Below, one piece after another: positions 32,895-43,017 of a stretch of DNA of 64,000 bases. Origin of the DNA: an uncultured Verrucomicrobiota bacterium (GTDB lineage Bacteria; Verrucomicrobiota; Verrucomicrobiia; Limisphaerales; CAIMTB01); assembly GCA_964608505.1 (NCBI GenBank), contig CAZSOV010000001.1, forward strand, positions 32,630 to 96,629, read 5' to 3'. A program made the translations under genes and the position numbers. Each line of letters opens with the position of its first letter. Positions within the stretch are counted from its first letter, which is position 1. Below the pieces are notes generated by a model. That model searched no databases. It saw only the letters and a list, made by a program, of their open reading frames with translations, and was not told the DNA's origin.

Positions 32895-35147
32895 TTACTT
32901 GGCGGCCGCCGGGGCGTTGGTGGCCGCGCCCGCTCCGGAGGTGCCGGACGCGACGTTGTTGGTGTTCGCGCGTTCGGTCCGGGACTTGGAGCCCCAGCTG
33001 CCGCCCGTGAGCCGGCGGATGATTCCGAAATCGTCGGCGAGACTGAACACGAACCCGACGGCGACGACGAAGGCCAGCAGCTTCGGCCAGAAGACCGGCG
33101 CCTCGGCGAACTTGTCGTCGAGGGCGGGCAAGGTGCCGACGGGCAGCTTGGCGACGGAGGTGAGGGAGCGCCCGAGGGAGACGGGGACCTTGACGCGCCC
33201 GTTCACGGCCCAGCCGTTGGCGTCGAGGATGGGGCCGAGGTTGCGCTGACGCAGCTTGAGCCAGGCGATGAGCATCGAGGGGCCGGACACGATGAGGAGC
33301 AGTCCGGCCAGCGCGAGCACGACCTGCCAGAACGGCATCTTGAGGACGTCCGTGAAATAGCCGGCGACGGTGGCGAAGGCGGTGCCGATGGCGCCGAAGG
33401 CGACGCCCAGGGCGGCGACGGTGCCGACGTCGACCTTTTTGGCTTCCTTGGGCTTGGATTGGTCGACGTTGGCGACGGCGGTGGCGGTGGCGGCGACCTT
33501 GGCATCGGCGGCGGACTCGGCGGCGGCGGCGCGTTTGGCGACCTGTTCCTCGATCAACCGGACGAGCTTCTTGTAGGGCGCCCAGAACGCCTGGCGGATG
33601 CTGATCGGGTTCTCGATGATCTTGGTGATCGTGGCGTCCCAGTCCCGGCCCTTGCGGTCGTAGAACACGCCGTTGCGCCCCACCATCAGGTTGTCGCTGT
33701 CGCCGTCCGTGAACGCCGCCGCGATGATCATCTTCTCGCCCGGGACCCGCGTGCATTCGCAGTAGGCGAGATAGGTCTTGGCCAGACCCGCCAGCGCCGC
33801 GTGCTTGCCGGCATCATCCACGCGCACGCACAACTCGCAGGCCCGTCCGTCGAGGTACAAGGTCCCGACCTGGAAGCTCGGGATCTCCTCCGGATCGTAG
33901 AAATCCCCGAAACTCACAAAATTGGCCAGCAACCGGTGCAGGTCGCGGTAATAGCGAACCAACCGCTCCACCTGGCCGATGGCGGAGGCCTCGGCCTCCA
34001 GGGCCTTGTCCTGCACGATCAGCTTGCCGATCTCCGCCTGCGACGTGCCGGACAGGATGGCGCGGGCACGTTCCAGGCCAAGCGCCGCGGCGGGGTTGCC
34101 GGGCTTGGCGGCGGCCCAGGCCTCGTGCGGAGCGAGCCTGGCCTTGAGATCCGCCCATTCGGACTCCGTGAGCGCCTCCTTGTCCTTGCCCAGCAACGGC
34201 ACGATGGCCGCGGCTTCCAGGGCCGCCACGGCATCCGCCCACGCCGGATTCAACCCCGACCGCAGGGGCAGCGGACGTCCCGCCTCCACCCGCGCCAGCG
34301 GGAATCCAGCGACCTCCGGCGCCGTGATCGCCATGTCCTTCGCGGCGAGCAACAGGTACTCCTCCTCCTTCCGGTTCACGGCCATCAGCGCCCGGGGATC
34401 GAACGCCGCCAGCCGGCACCGCCCGAAATAGTCGTCGATCTTGCCCCGCACCGCCTTGAGGGCGTCCACCGCCGCCGCGGTCCCCGCCCCCAACGGCTGG
34501 ATTGCCGCCGCGCTGGCTTCCGACTGCTTCGCCCAGGCATCGAGCGCGCCCAGTTGCGCGAAGAACGCGTCGGTCTTTGCCTGGTTCACTCCGGGCTTGC
34601 CGCTCCGGTCCGTCTCCGCCCCCTGCGTCTTCAGGATCTCGCCGAGGACCTGTTGCACCCCGGGATCCTTCGCCGCCTCGACCGGCACGATCCCGTCGCC
34701 ATTGAACTGGGTCTGGCCGAAGATCCGCGTCGGGTCCGTGACGTCCGCCAGCGAGATGCCCGTCGCGTCCGCGCGCCCCAGGTTCTTCAGGATCTGCCGC
34801 GCCGATTTCAGGATCGCCTTGCCCGAGTCGGACGCGTCCTGGATCTGGTCCAGCGGCAGGGTGTCACTGCCCTCCTTCAGCCTGGCCGGATCCTTCAGGT
34901 GATCCACCGCCCATTTCACCGCCCCGATGATCTCCGGCACCCGCACCCGGCCATCCTTGTCCGCGTCCACCAGCGCCAGCGTCTTCTCGTCGAATTCGAG
35001 TCCCTTCACCGGACAGGCCAGGGCCACCCAGAGCTTCGGGTCCAGTTCCGCCAGGTGCCGGAAGTCCTCGGCGGAATCAAAGCGGGCCTGGTCGAGTCCG
35101 CCGGCGCGAAAGAACCGCCAACGATGCTGGGATGCCGATTGGGTCAT
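32895..35147 (-). CDS. conserved membrane protein with EF-hand-like loop (750 aa)
   Basis: ORF 32895..35291 trimmed to the ATG at 35145-35147 (MTQSASQHRWRFFRAGG). It has an EF loop DADKDGRVRVPE (34932-34967) and C-terminal hydrophobic helices (VGTVAALGVAFGAIGTAFATVAGYF, FWQVVLALAGLLLIVSGPSMLIAWL, VFWPKLLAFVVAVGFVF). Confidence 0.7.
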   Translation of the reverse strand: MTQSASQHRWRFFRAGGLDQARFDSAEDFRHLAELDPKLWVALACPVKGLEFDEKTLALVDADKDGRVRVPEIIGAVKWAVDHLKDPARLKEGSDTLPLDQIQDASDSGKAILKSARQILKNLGRADATGISLADVTDPTRIFGQTQFNGDGIVPVEAAKDPGVQQVLGEILKTQGAETDRSGKPGVNQAKTDAFFAQLGALDAWAKQSEASAAAIQPLGAGTAAAVDALKAVRGKIDDYFGRCRLAAFDPRALMAVNRKEEEYLLLAAKDMAITAPEVAGFPLARVEAGRPLPLRSGLNPAWADAVAALEAAAIVPLLGKDKEALTESEWADLKARLAPHEAWAAAKPGNPAAALGLERARAILSGTSQAEIGKLIVQDKALEAEASAIGQVERLVRYYRDLHRLLANFVSFGDFYDPEEIPSFQVGTLYLDGRACELCVRVDDAGKHAALAGLAKTYLAYCECTRVPGEKMIIAAAFTDGDSDNLMVGRNGVFYDRKGRDWDATITKIIENPISIRQAFWAPYKKLVRLIEEQVAKRAAAAESAADAKVAATATAVANVDQSKPKEAKKVDVGTVAALGVAFGAIGTAFATVAGYFTDVLKMPFWQVVLALAGLLLIVSGPSMLIAWLKLRQRNLGPILDANGWAVNGRVKVPVSLGRSLTSVAKLPVGTLPALDDKFAEAPVFWPKLLAFVVAVGFVFSLADDFGIIRRLTGGSWGSKSRTERANTNNVASGTSGAGAATNAPAAAK

Positions 35148-35309
35148 GGTCGTATGGAATTGCGGTAAGGCCGTCGCTTCAAGGCCGCGACGAGGCGCCG
35201 ACCGGTCCCGTGCCGTTTTCCCGTCCAGTGGGGGCCCGAATGCTGCCGCGGTCGACGCCGCACAAAATAGGGATCCGGGTCCGGCACGCAATCCCGGAGC
35301 CCGCGCCCC

Positions 35310-36869
<1,560 letters not shown>

Positions 36870-36930
36870 GACGGAGGGCGCGCGACGTCCGACACCGGCT
36901 CGGCGCGCCGGAGCTGGCCGGGCAAGGCGG

Positions 36931-37323
36931 TCATGGGACCCCGCCGGGCTCCGCCGACGGACGTGCCAGCAGCGCCTCCATCTTCTGCAGCAGCCGCGGC
37001 AGCTCCACGGGCTTGGTGTCGAAATCGTCGCAGCCCGCCTCGCGCGCCTTCTGCTCGTCGCTCGCCATGGCGTGGGCCGTCAACGCGATGATCGGGATGA
37101 CGCGCAGCCGCGCATCCGATTTCAGCCGCCGGGTGGCCTCCCACCCGTCGAGGACCGGCAGGCTCATGTCCATGAGGATCAGGTCCGGCTGCTCGCGGCC
37201 CGCCGCCGCGATGCCCTCCTGCCCATCGAGCGCGCAGACGATGGTGTACCCACGGCGCTCGAGCCGCCGCGTGAGCATGTCGCGGTTCATCTCGTTGTCC
37301 TCGACGAGCAGGATGCGGGGCAT
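36931..37323 (-). CDS. single-domain response regulator (CheY-like)
   Basis: 130 aa: MPRILLVEDNEMNRDML..PDLILMDMSLPVLDGWE..IPIIALTAHAM..AGCDDFDTKP. Confidence 0.9.
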   Translation of the reverse strand: MPRILLVEDNEMNRDMLTRRLERRGYTIVCALDGQEGIAAAGREQPDLILMDMSLPVLDGWEATRRLKSDARLRVIPIIALTAHAMASDEQKAREAGCDDFDTKPVELPRLLQKMEALLARPSAEPGGVP

Positions 37324-37368
37324 GAGGAGGCGGAAGGCGGGTGCGCGGCTCGGGGGGGCGGGAACGGC

Positions 37369-38694
37369 TCAGGCAATGAATCCCCAGTCGTACGGCTTGC
37401 GCATGGGCCGGGACAGCCAGCCCGCCGCCTCGTCGTCGCCCACGATGGTCTCGCGGTCCGGTTCCCAGCGAATCCGGCGCCCGAGCCGGACGCTGATGGC
37501 GCCGAGGTGGGCGATGCTGATGGAGCGGTGACCGGTCTCGACGTCGCAGATGGGCTCCTTCCGGGAGCGGATGCACTCGAAGAAATTGCCCATGTGGTTG
37601 TCCGAGGCGTAGAGGCGGACGGCGTCGGCGGGCAGGGGCGTTTCGAGCAGCTCCTGCCGGCTCGCCCGGATCTCGCCGCGGCTGACGTAGATCCAGCCGT
37701 CGGTACCCAGGAATTGGACGCCGTTCGGGGTGGTCTTGCCGCCGCCAACCACGCCCTGCTCGTGGGGCGTCGATTCGTCGAGGATGCTCATCGTGACGCC
37801 GTTGGCGTAGCGACACTCGATCCGGTACTTGGACGCCGCGTCGTACCCCCCGGGAATCATGTCGACGAGCGATTTGCCGTCGAACTCGACGGGGCCCGAG
37901 CGGTCGGTGCCGTTGCCCCATTGGGCGATGTCGTTGTGGTGCGCGCCCCAGTCGGTCATCTGGCCGCCGGAGAACTGGTACCACCAGCGGAAGTTCCCGT
38001 GGCAGTTGGTGCCGCGGTACTCCGTCACGGGCGTCTGGCCTAGATAGAAGTCCCAGTCGAGACCCGCCGGGACCGGGACGGGCGGGAACGGGCCCTGGCG
38101 GGGGCCGGTGGGGAGTCCGACGATGATGTGGCGGAGCTTGCCGAGGCGCCCGTTGCGGGCGAGTTCGCAGGCGAGACGGAACTTGCGATCGCTGCGCTGC
38201 TGGCTGCCGACCTGGAAGATCCGTTTGGCGTCGCGCACCTCCTTCACCAGCCGCCGGCCTTCCTCCACGGTGAGCGTGAGCGGCTTCTCGCCGTAGATGT
38301 CCTTGCCGGCGCGCGCGGCGGCGGCATTCACCAACGTGTGCCAGTGGTCGGGGGTGCCGTTCACGATGACGTGGATGTCGTCGCGCTCGAGCAGCTTCCG
38401 GAAATCCTTGTAGGCGCGCTCGGCCTTGAACTGGGTCCGGGCGCCCTCGGCCTGGCGATCGTCGACGTCGGCCACGGCGATGACCTGGCCGAAGTTCTTC
38501 GCCCAGTTCGTGTCGCCCCGGCCCTGACCACCGCAGCCGATCAGGCCGATCCCGGGCTTGTCATTGGCCGAGAGCGGGCGCGGGGTGGCGGCGAGCCCCT
38601 GGCATTCGTGATAGTACCACAGCGGCAGGCCGGCCGCCGCCGCGGCCGTTTGGAAGAAGCGCCGACGGCTGACATGGACATGAAAGGGCGACAT
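37369..38694 (-). CDS. Gfo/Idh/MocA-family oxidoreductase with Tat-like signal
   Basis: 441 aa with the N-terminus SRRRFFQTAAAAAGLPL, a Rossmann motif (GIGLIGCGGQGRGD), and ..DIHVIVNGTPDHWH... Confidence 0.85.
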   Translation of the reverse strand: MSPFHVHVSRRRFFQTAAAAAGLPLWYYHECQGLAATPRPLSANDKPGIGLIGCGGQGRGDTNWAKNFGQVIAVADVDDRQAEGARTQFKAERAYKDFRKLLERDDIHVIVNGTPDHWHTLVNAAAARAGKDIYGEKPLTLTVEEGRRLVKEVRDAKRIFQVGSQQRSDRKFRLACELARNGRLGKLRHIIVGLPTGPRQGPFPPVPVPAGLDWDFYLGQTPVTEYRGTNCHGNFRWWYQFSGGQMTDWGAHHNDIAQWGNGTDRSGPVEFDGKSLVDMIPGGYDAASKYRIECRYANGVTMSILDESTPHEQGVVGGGKTTPNGVQFLGTDGWIYVSRGEIRASRQELLETPLPADAVRLYASDNHMGNFFECIRSRKEPICDVETGHRSISIAHLGAISVRLGRRIRWEPDRETIVGDDEAAGWLSRPMRKPYDWGFIA

Positions 38695-38754
38695 AGGCTG
38701 TGGCCAACTTCAATCCCCGGCACCGCACCGCGTCAAATGCCATGTCGTAAGGAA

Positions 38755-38901
38755 GGGGTCAGTCCCACTTATTTATACCGAATCACGCCGGGGTCGGTCT
38801 CCACCCCGACTCGCCGCCGCCGCCGACCATCCGCGCGGGCCGGCGCGAGGAAGTATAAATAAGTGGGACTGACCCCTTTTTAAGTGGGACTGACCCCTTT
38901 T
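38755..38901. repeat. perfect 23-bp inverted repeat (38755-38777 / 38854-38876) plus 21-bp perfect tandem duplication (38860-38880, 38881-38901)
   Basis: ggggtcagtcccacttatttata .76 bp. tataaataagtgggactgacccc, followed by taagtgggactgacccctttt repeated twice. It lies in the divergent intergenic region. Confidence 0.9.
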
Positions 38902-39000
38902 CGTTCGTTCGTGTCGACGGTTCGGACGATTCCGCGGCGTGCGTCCGGGTCCCGGAATGCGTCTTTCCAGCGCCGGGGCCGGGGGGCAGCATGCGGGCAC

Positions 39001-39774
39001 GTGAAGGACGCGGAAGCGCCACCGCCCGGGGTGAGGGCCGGTCCCGGTTTTTGCACCACGCACTGGAGCGTCGTCCTGGCCGCCGGCAAGGGAGCGACCG
39101 GCGATCCCCGGGCCCAGGCCGCCCTGGAGATCCTGTGCCGGGATTACTGGTATCCGATCTACGCCTTCGTGCGGCGCAGCGGGCATGGGCCGCACGACGC
39201 CCAGGATCTCACGCAGGAGTACCTTTCCCGCCTCGTCGAGCGGCGTTGCCTGGAGGGCGTCGAGCCCGGCCCCGCGCGGTTCCGCTCGTTCCTGCTTGCG
39301 ACGCTGAAGCAGTTCCTGGTGGACGACTGGCGGCGGTCCCAGGCGCGGAAGCGCGGTGGCGGGGTGACGTTCCTGTCGTTGGACGGGGAGGCGGGGGAGG
39401 AGTGGTATCGGGCGGACCTCGCCGGGACCGCGAATCCGGAGACGGCCTACGAGCAGGCCTGGGCCAACGCGGTGCTGGCGCGGGTGCTGGAGCGACTGCG
39501 CGCGCGTTACGCGGCCAATCCCGGGCGCCGGGCGGTGTTCGAGGCGCTGTCCCCGGTGCTCGGCTGGGCCGACGCCGCGCGTTCGACCTACGACGCGCTG
39601 GGTGCCTCCCTGGGGTTGAGCGAGGGCGCGGTGAAGGTCGCGGTGCACCGCCTGCGCAAGGAATTCGGACGGCTTCTCCGCGAGGAAATCGCCGCCACCG
39701 TGTCGGACCCCGCCGAGGTGGACGCCGAGATCCGCCGCCTCATCGAGGTGAGTTCCGGGGTCCTGCCCCCCTGA
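39001..39774 (+). CDS. ECF-type RNA polymerase sigma factor (TIGR02999-like, kinase-associated type)
   Basis: Frame of ORF 38884..39774. The start is uncertain: GTG at 39001, or GTG at 38884 inside the repeat. Motifs: TTHWSVVLAA..ALEILCRDYWYPIYAFVRRSG..DAQDLTQEY..RFRSFLLATLKQFLVD..KRGGG and the C-terminal HTH GLSEGAVKVAVHRLR. Confidence 0.85.
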   Translation: MKDAEAPPPGVRAGPGFCTTHWSVVLAAGKGATGDPRAQAALEILCRDYWYPIYAFVRRSGHGPHDAQDLTQEYLSRLVERRCLEGVEPGPARFRSFLLATLKQFLVDDWRRSQARKRGGGVTFLSLDGEAGEEWYRADLAGTANPETAYEQAWANAVLARVLERLRARYAANPGRRAVFEALSPVLGWADAARSTYDALGASLGLSEGAVKVAVHRLRKEFGRLLREEIAATVSDPAEVDAEIRRLIEVSSGVLPP

Positions 39775-39814
39775 ACGGCGTCCGTAACCTTCGGCCCCCG
39801 AATCCGTGTCCGTC

Positions 39815-42800
39815 ATGGAACCGTCCATGTCCAACCCCGCCCGGTGCCCCTCGTGCCAGGGGCCGCTGCGCCACGGGCAATCCGGTGGCGTCTGCCTGCC
39901 GTGCCTGCTCCAGCTCGGGCTGCCGGAGGCGTCCGGGACCGGGACCGAGGGCGAGGGCGAGGGCGAAGGGGAGGCCGGGGGCGGGGACGGTGAACCGGTG
40001 CCGGGGTGCCCGCCGGGTCCCGGGGCGGACGGTCATCCACTCCGTCGCTTCGGCAACTACGAGCTCCTGGAGGAGGTGGCCCGCGGCGGCATGGGCGTCG
40101 TGTTTCGCGCGCGCCAGACGGGCCTGAACCGGATCGTGGCGGTGAAGATGGTGCTCCAGGCCCGCTTCGCCGGGCGCGAACGCGAGCTCCGTTTCCAGTC
40201 CGAGGCCGAATCCGCGGCACGACTCCGTCACCCGAACATTGTCCGCATCCACGAAATCGGGGAGCACGAGGGCCAGCCGTACTTCTCGATGGACTTCGTC
40301 GGGGGCGGGGACCTGGCCGGGCTTCTTCGCAAGGGGGTCCCGCCGTTCGCCCGGAGCGCGTCGCTGACGCGCACCCTGGCAGGGGCGGTGGAGTCGGCGC
40401 ACCGGCAGGGCGTGCTGCACCGCGATCTCAAGCCATCGAACATCCTGCTCGACGAGGCCGGGGAACCAGTGATCACGGATTTCGGACTGGCGCGCCGTCT
40501 GGAGAGCCGCGACCACCTGACGTTGACCGGCGAGATTCTGGGTTCGCCGGGATACCTTGCTCCCGAACAGGCGGGCGGTTCCCCCGCGAACCTCGGTCCG
40601 GCCGTCGACGTCTACGGCCTGGGCGGGATTCTCTATGCCCTCGTCACGGGACGGGCGCCGTTCGTGGCCGAGACGGTGGGGGCCACGTTGCGGCTCGTGC
40701 TGGGCGGCGATCCCGTCTCCCCGCGCGTCCTGAATCCGCTGGTCCCGCTGGATCTCGCGACCATCGCGCTGAAATGCCTGCAGCGGGACCCCGCGCACCG
40801 CTACGGTTCGGCGGCGGACCTCGGGGCGGACCTGGATCGGTTCCTCTCGGGACGCCCCATCCATGCCCGCCCGGTCGGGCCGTGGGGACGGCTGGTGCGT
40901 CTGGCGGCGCGGCACCCGGTGGCCGGCACCCTGGCCGCCAGCACGCTCCTGCTCCTGCTGGTCGTGGGCATCGGTTCGCCCATCGCCGCGCTCCGGCTGC
41001 GGGAGAGCCGCCGGGTGCTGGCCACCCACGCCTACGCCGCCGACATGAAGCTCGCCCGCCTGGCACTCGACGAGGGTGATGCCGGGAAGGCCCGGCGTTA
41101 TCTCGCCCAGCAGCCGGACGGGGAGGGCACCGACCCGCGCGGCTTCGAGTGGGCGCTCTACCGCGAACTTGCCCGCGACCCGGCCCTCGCCACGGTCCAG
41201 GCGCACTCCAACGCCGTGGACGGTCTCGTCTTTCTTCCGGACGGACGGACCCTGGTCACCTGCGGACTGGGGGATCGGGTGCGCTTCTGGGACTTCCCCT
41301 CGCTGCGGCCGAGGTCGGAGTTCCGGATCGACGGCGAGCACCTGACCTCCCTCGCGGTGTCCGCCGACGGGCGCTGGCTGGCGATTGCGGCCGACGAACC
41401 GAGGGTCCATCTGCGGGAACTGCCCGCCGGTCGCCCCGCCGGGGTGCTGCCCGGTCTGGCGGCCGGCCTCGCGTTCTCGCCCGCCCGCCCCGTGCTCGCC
41501 CGCACCGCGGGAACCCGCGTGACCGGCATGGGCCCGGGCACGGTCACGCTCCACGACGTCGCCGCCGGACGCGACCTCGCCACCTGGACCAACGCCGGCG
41601 CCCGGGCCTGCTGGTCGCCGCGCGGAGACCGGATCTACACGGGGACCTTCGACGGCCGCATCACGGCTCGCGATCCCGACACCGGCGCGATCCTGGAGAC
41701 GTTCGAGGACGGCGATTTCCTGCTGGCCCTCGCCGTTTCGCCGGATGGCCGGACGCTGGCCTCGGCCAATCTTGGGGGCACGGTGCGCCTGTGGGAACCG
41801 GGCCAGCCACGGACCTCCCGAAGGCTCGAGGGACATCGGGCCAAGGTATGGTCCGTCGCGTTCTCTCCCGATTCGCGCCGGGTTGCCACCGCGAGTTCCG
41901 ACCGCACGACGCGGCTTTGGGAGACCGCCTCCGGCCGCCTGTTGCAGACGCTCTCCGGCCACGATTCCGAGGTGTGGACGGTCGCGTTCAGCTGCGACGG
42001 ACGCTGGCTGGTCAGCGGCGACAAGGACGGGGTTCTGCGTCTCTGGGACGCGGCGGCGGCGGACGCCGATGCCGCGGGCGAGGAACCCGGGGCCGTTCGC
42101 GGGTTGCCCGTATGGTCGCCCGACGGACGGTTCGCGGCGTTCGGCAGCGGGCAGGGGATCGTGACCGTGCTCGAAGCGGAACGCCTCGTCCGGCGGTTTG
42201 CCATCCCCGACGCCGAGATCGCCCTGGGTTTTGGTCCCGCCGGCGAATGGCTCGCGGTGCTGGGATCGAAGGGATACGCCCGCCGGTCGTTGCCCGGCCT
42301 GGAGCTTCTGGAATCGCGCCCCGTCGTCCCGCCGCCCACGAACTACCTCGTCTCGTCCGCGTCCCGGGACGGACGCTGGTTCGCGTGCGAGGACGCACCC
42401 GGCACCGTCTCCGTCTGGGACCTGCGCGGCGGCGCGTTGCGGACCCGCCTGGCACTCGGTCCCGGCGAACCGGTCAGCCAGCTGGCGTTCTCCCCGGACG
42501 GCGAATCCCTGGCCCTGGCCCGCGACGGTTTCCTTCCGGTGCAGGTCCACGGGCGCGGCCTGACGCGGCGGATTCTGCTCTCCGGTCATCGCATGGCGGT
42601 CTGGCAGATCGCCTGGACGGCGGACGGACGACGGCTCGCCACCGCCGGCATGGATGACGCGGTGAAGATCTGGGAGGCGGACACGGGCCGGGAGATCGCG
42701 AGTCTGCCGGACCATCGGGAGGGCGCGTTCGGCGTGGCCTTCTCCGCCGACGACCGCACGCTGGCGGTGCTCATGGGCACGCGGGCGATCCGGCTCTGGA

Positions 42801-42967
42801 ACTGCGCGGCGTGGCGGGAGATGGGCGACCTGGAACTGCGGAGGCCCGCGCTCTACCTGGGATTCTCGGGCGATGGGCGGACATTGGCGGCCTGGCATCC
42901 CTGGGCTCCCTGGTCGCATCTCGAATTCTGGCCGGCGCGCCCCGGCATCGATTCAAAAAGACCGTAA
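39815..42967 (+). CDS. Ser/Thr protein kinase with C-terminal WD40 repeat propeller(s)
   Basis: ORF 39806..42967; first ATG at 39815. It has an N-terminal CPSC..CLPC segment. Kinase motifs: FGNYELLEEVARGGMGVVFRA..VAVKM, HRDLKPSNILL, DFGLA, GSPGYLAPE. These are followed by a hydrophobic helix and repeated ..H...V..L.F.PDG..L.. WD40-like units. Confidence 0.9.
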   Translation: MEPSMSNPARCPSCQGPLRHGQSGGVCLPCLLQLGLPEASGTGTEGEGEGEGEAGGGDGEPVPGCPPGPGADGHPLRRFGNYELLEEVARGGMGVVFRARQTGLNRIVAVKMVLQARFAGRERELRFQSEAESAARLRHPNIVRIHEIGEHEGQPYFSMDFVGGGDLAGLLRKGVPPFARSASLTRTLAGAVESAHRQGVLHRDLKPSNILLDEAGEPVITDFGLARRLESRDHLTLTGEILGSPGYLAPEQAGGSPANLGPAVDVYGLGGILYALVTGRAPFVAETVGATLRLVLGGDPVSPRVLNPLVPLDLATIALKCLQRDPAHRYGSAADLGADLDRFLSGRPIHARPVGPWGRLVRLAARHPVAGTLAASTLLLLLVVGIGSPIAALRLRESRRVLATHAYAADMKLARLALDEGDAGKARRYLAQQPDGEGTDPRGFEWALYRELARDPALATVQAHSNAVDGLVFLPDGRTLVTCGLGDRVRFWDFPSLRPRSEFRIDGEHLTSLAVSADGRWLAIAADEPRVHLRELPAGRPAGVLPGLAAGLAFSPARPVLARTAGTRVTGMGPGTVTLHDVAAGRDLATWTNAGARACWSPRGDRIYTGTFDGRITARDPDTGAILETFEDGDFLLALAVSPDGRTLASANLGGTVRLWEPGQPRTSRRLEGHRAKVWSVAFSPDSRRVATASSDRTTRLWETASGRLLQTLSGHDSEVWTVAFSCDGRWLVSGDKDGVLRLWDAAAADADAAGEEPGAVRGLPVWSPDGRFAAFGSGQGIVTVLEAERLVRRFAIPDAEIALGFGPAGEWLAVLGSKGYARRSLPGLELLESRPVVPPPTNYLVSSASRDGRWFACEDAPGTVSVWDLRGGALRTRLALGPGEPVSQLAFSPDGESLALARDGFLPVQVHGRGLTRRILLSGHRMAVWQIAWTADGRRLATAGMDDAVKIWEADTGREIASLPDHREGAFGVAFSADDRTLAVLMGTRAIRLWNCAAWREMGDLELRRPALYLGFSGDGRTLAAWHPWAPWSHLEFWPARPGIDSKRP

Positions 42968-43017
42968 CCTTCTTCGGGGATTTGCGGGGCAGGGGATGGA
43001 CACGTTCCCAGCCAACC

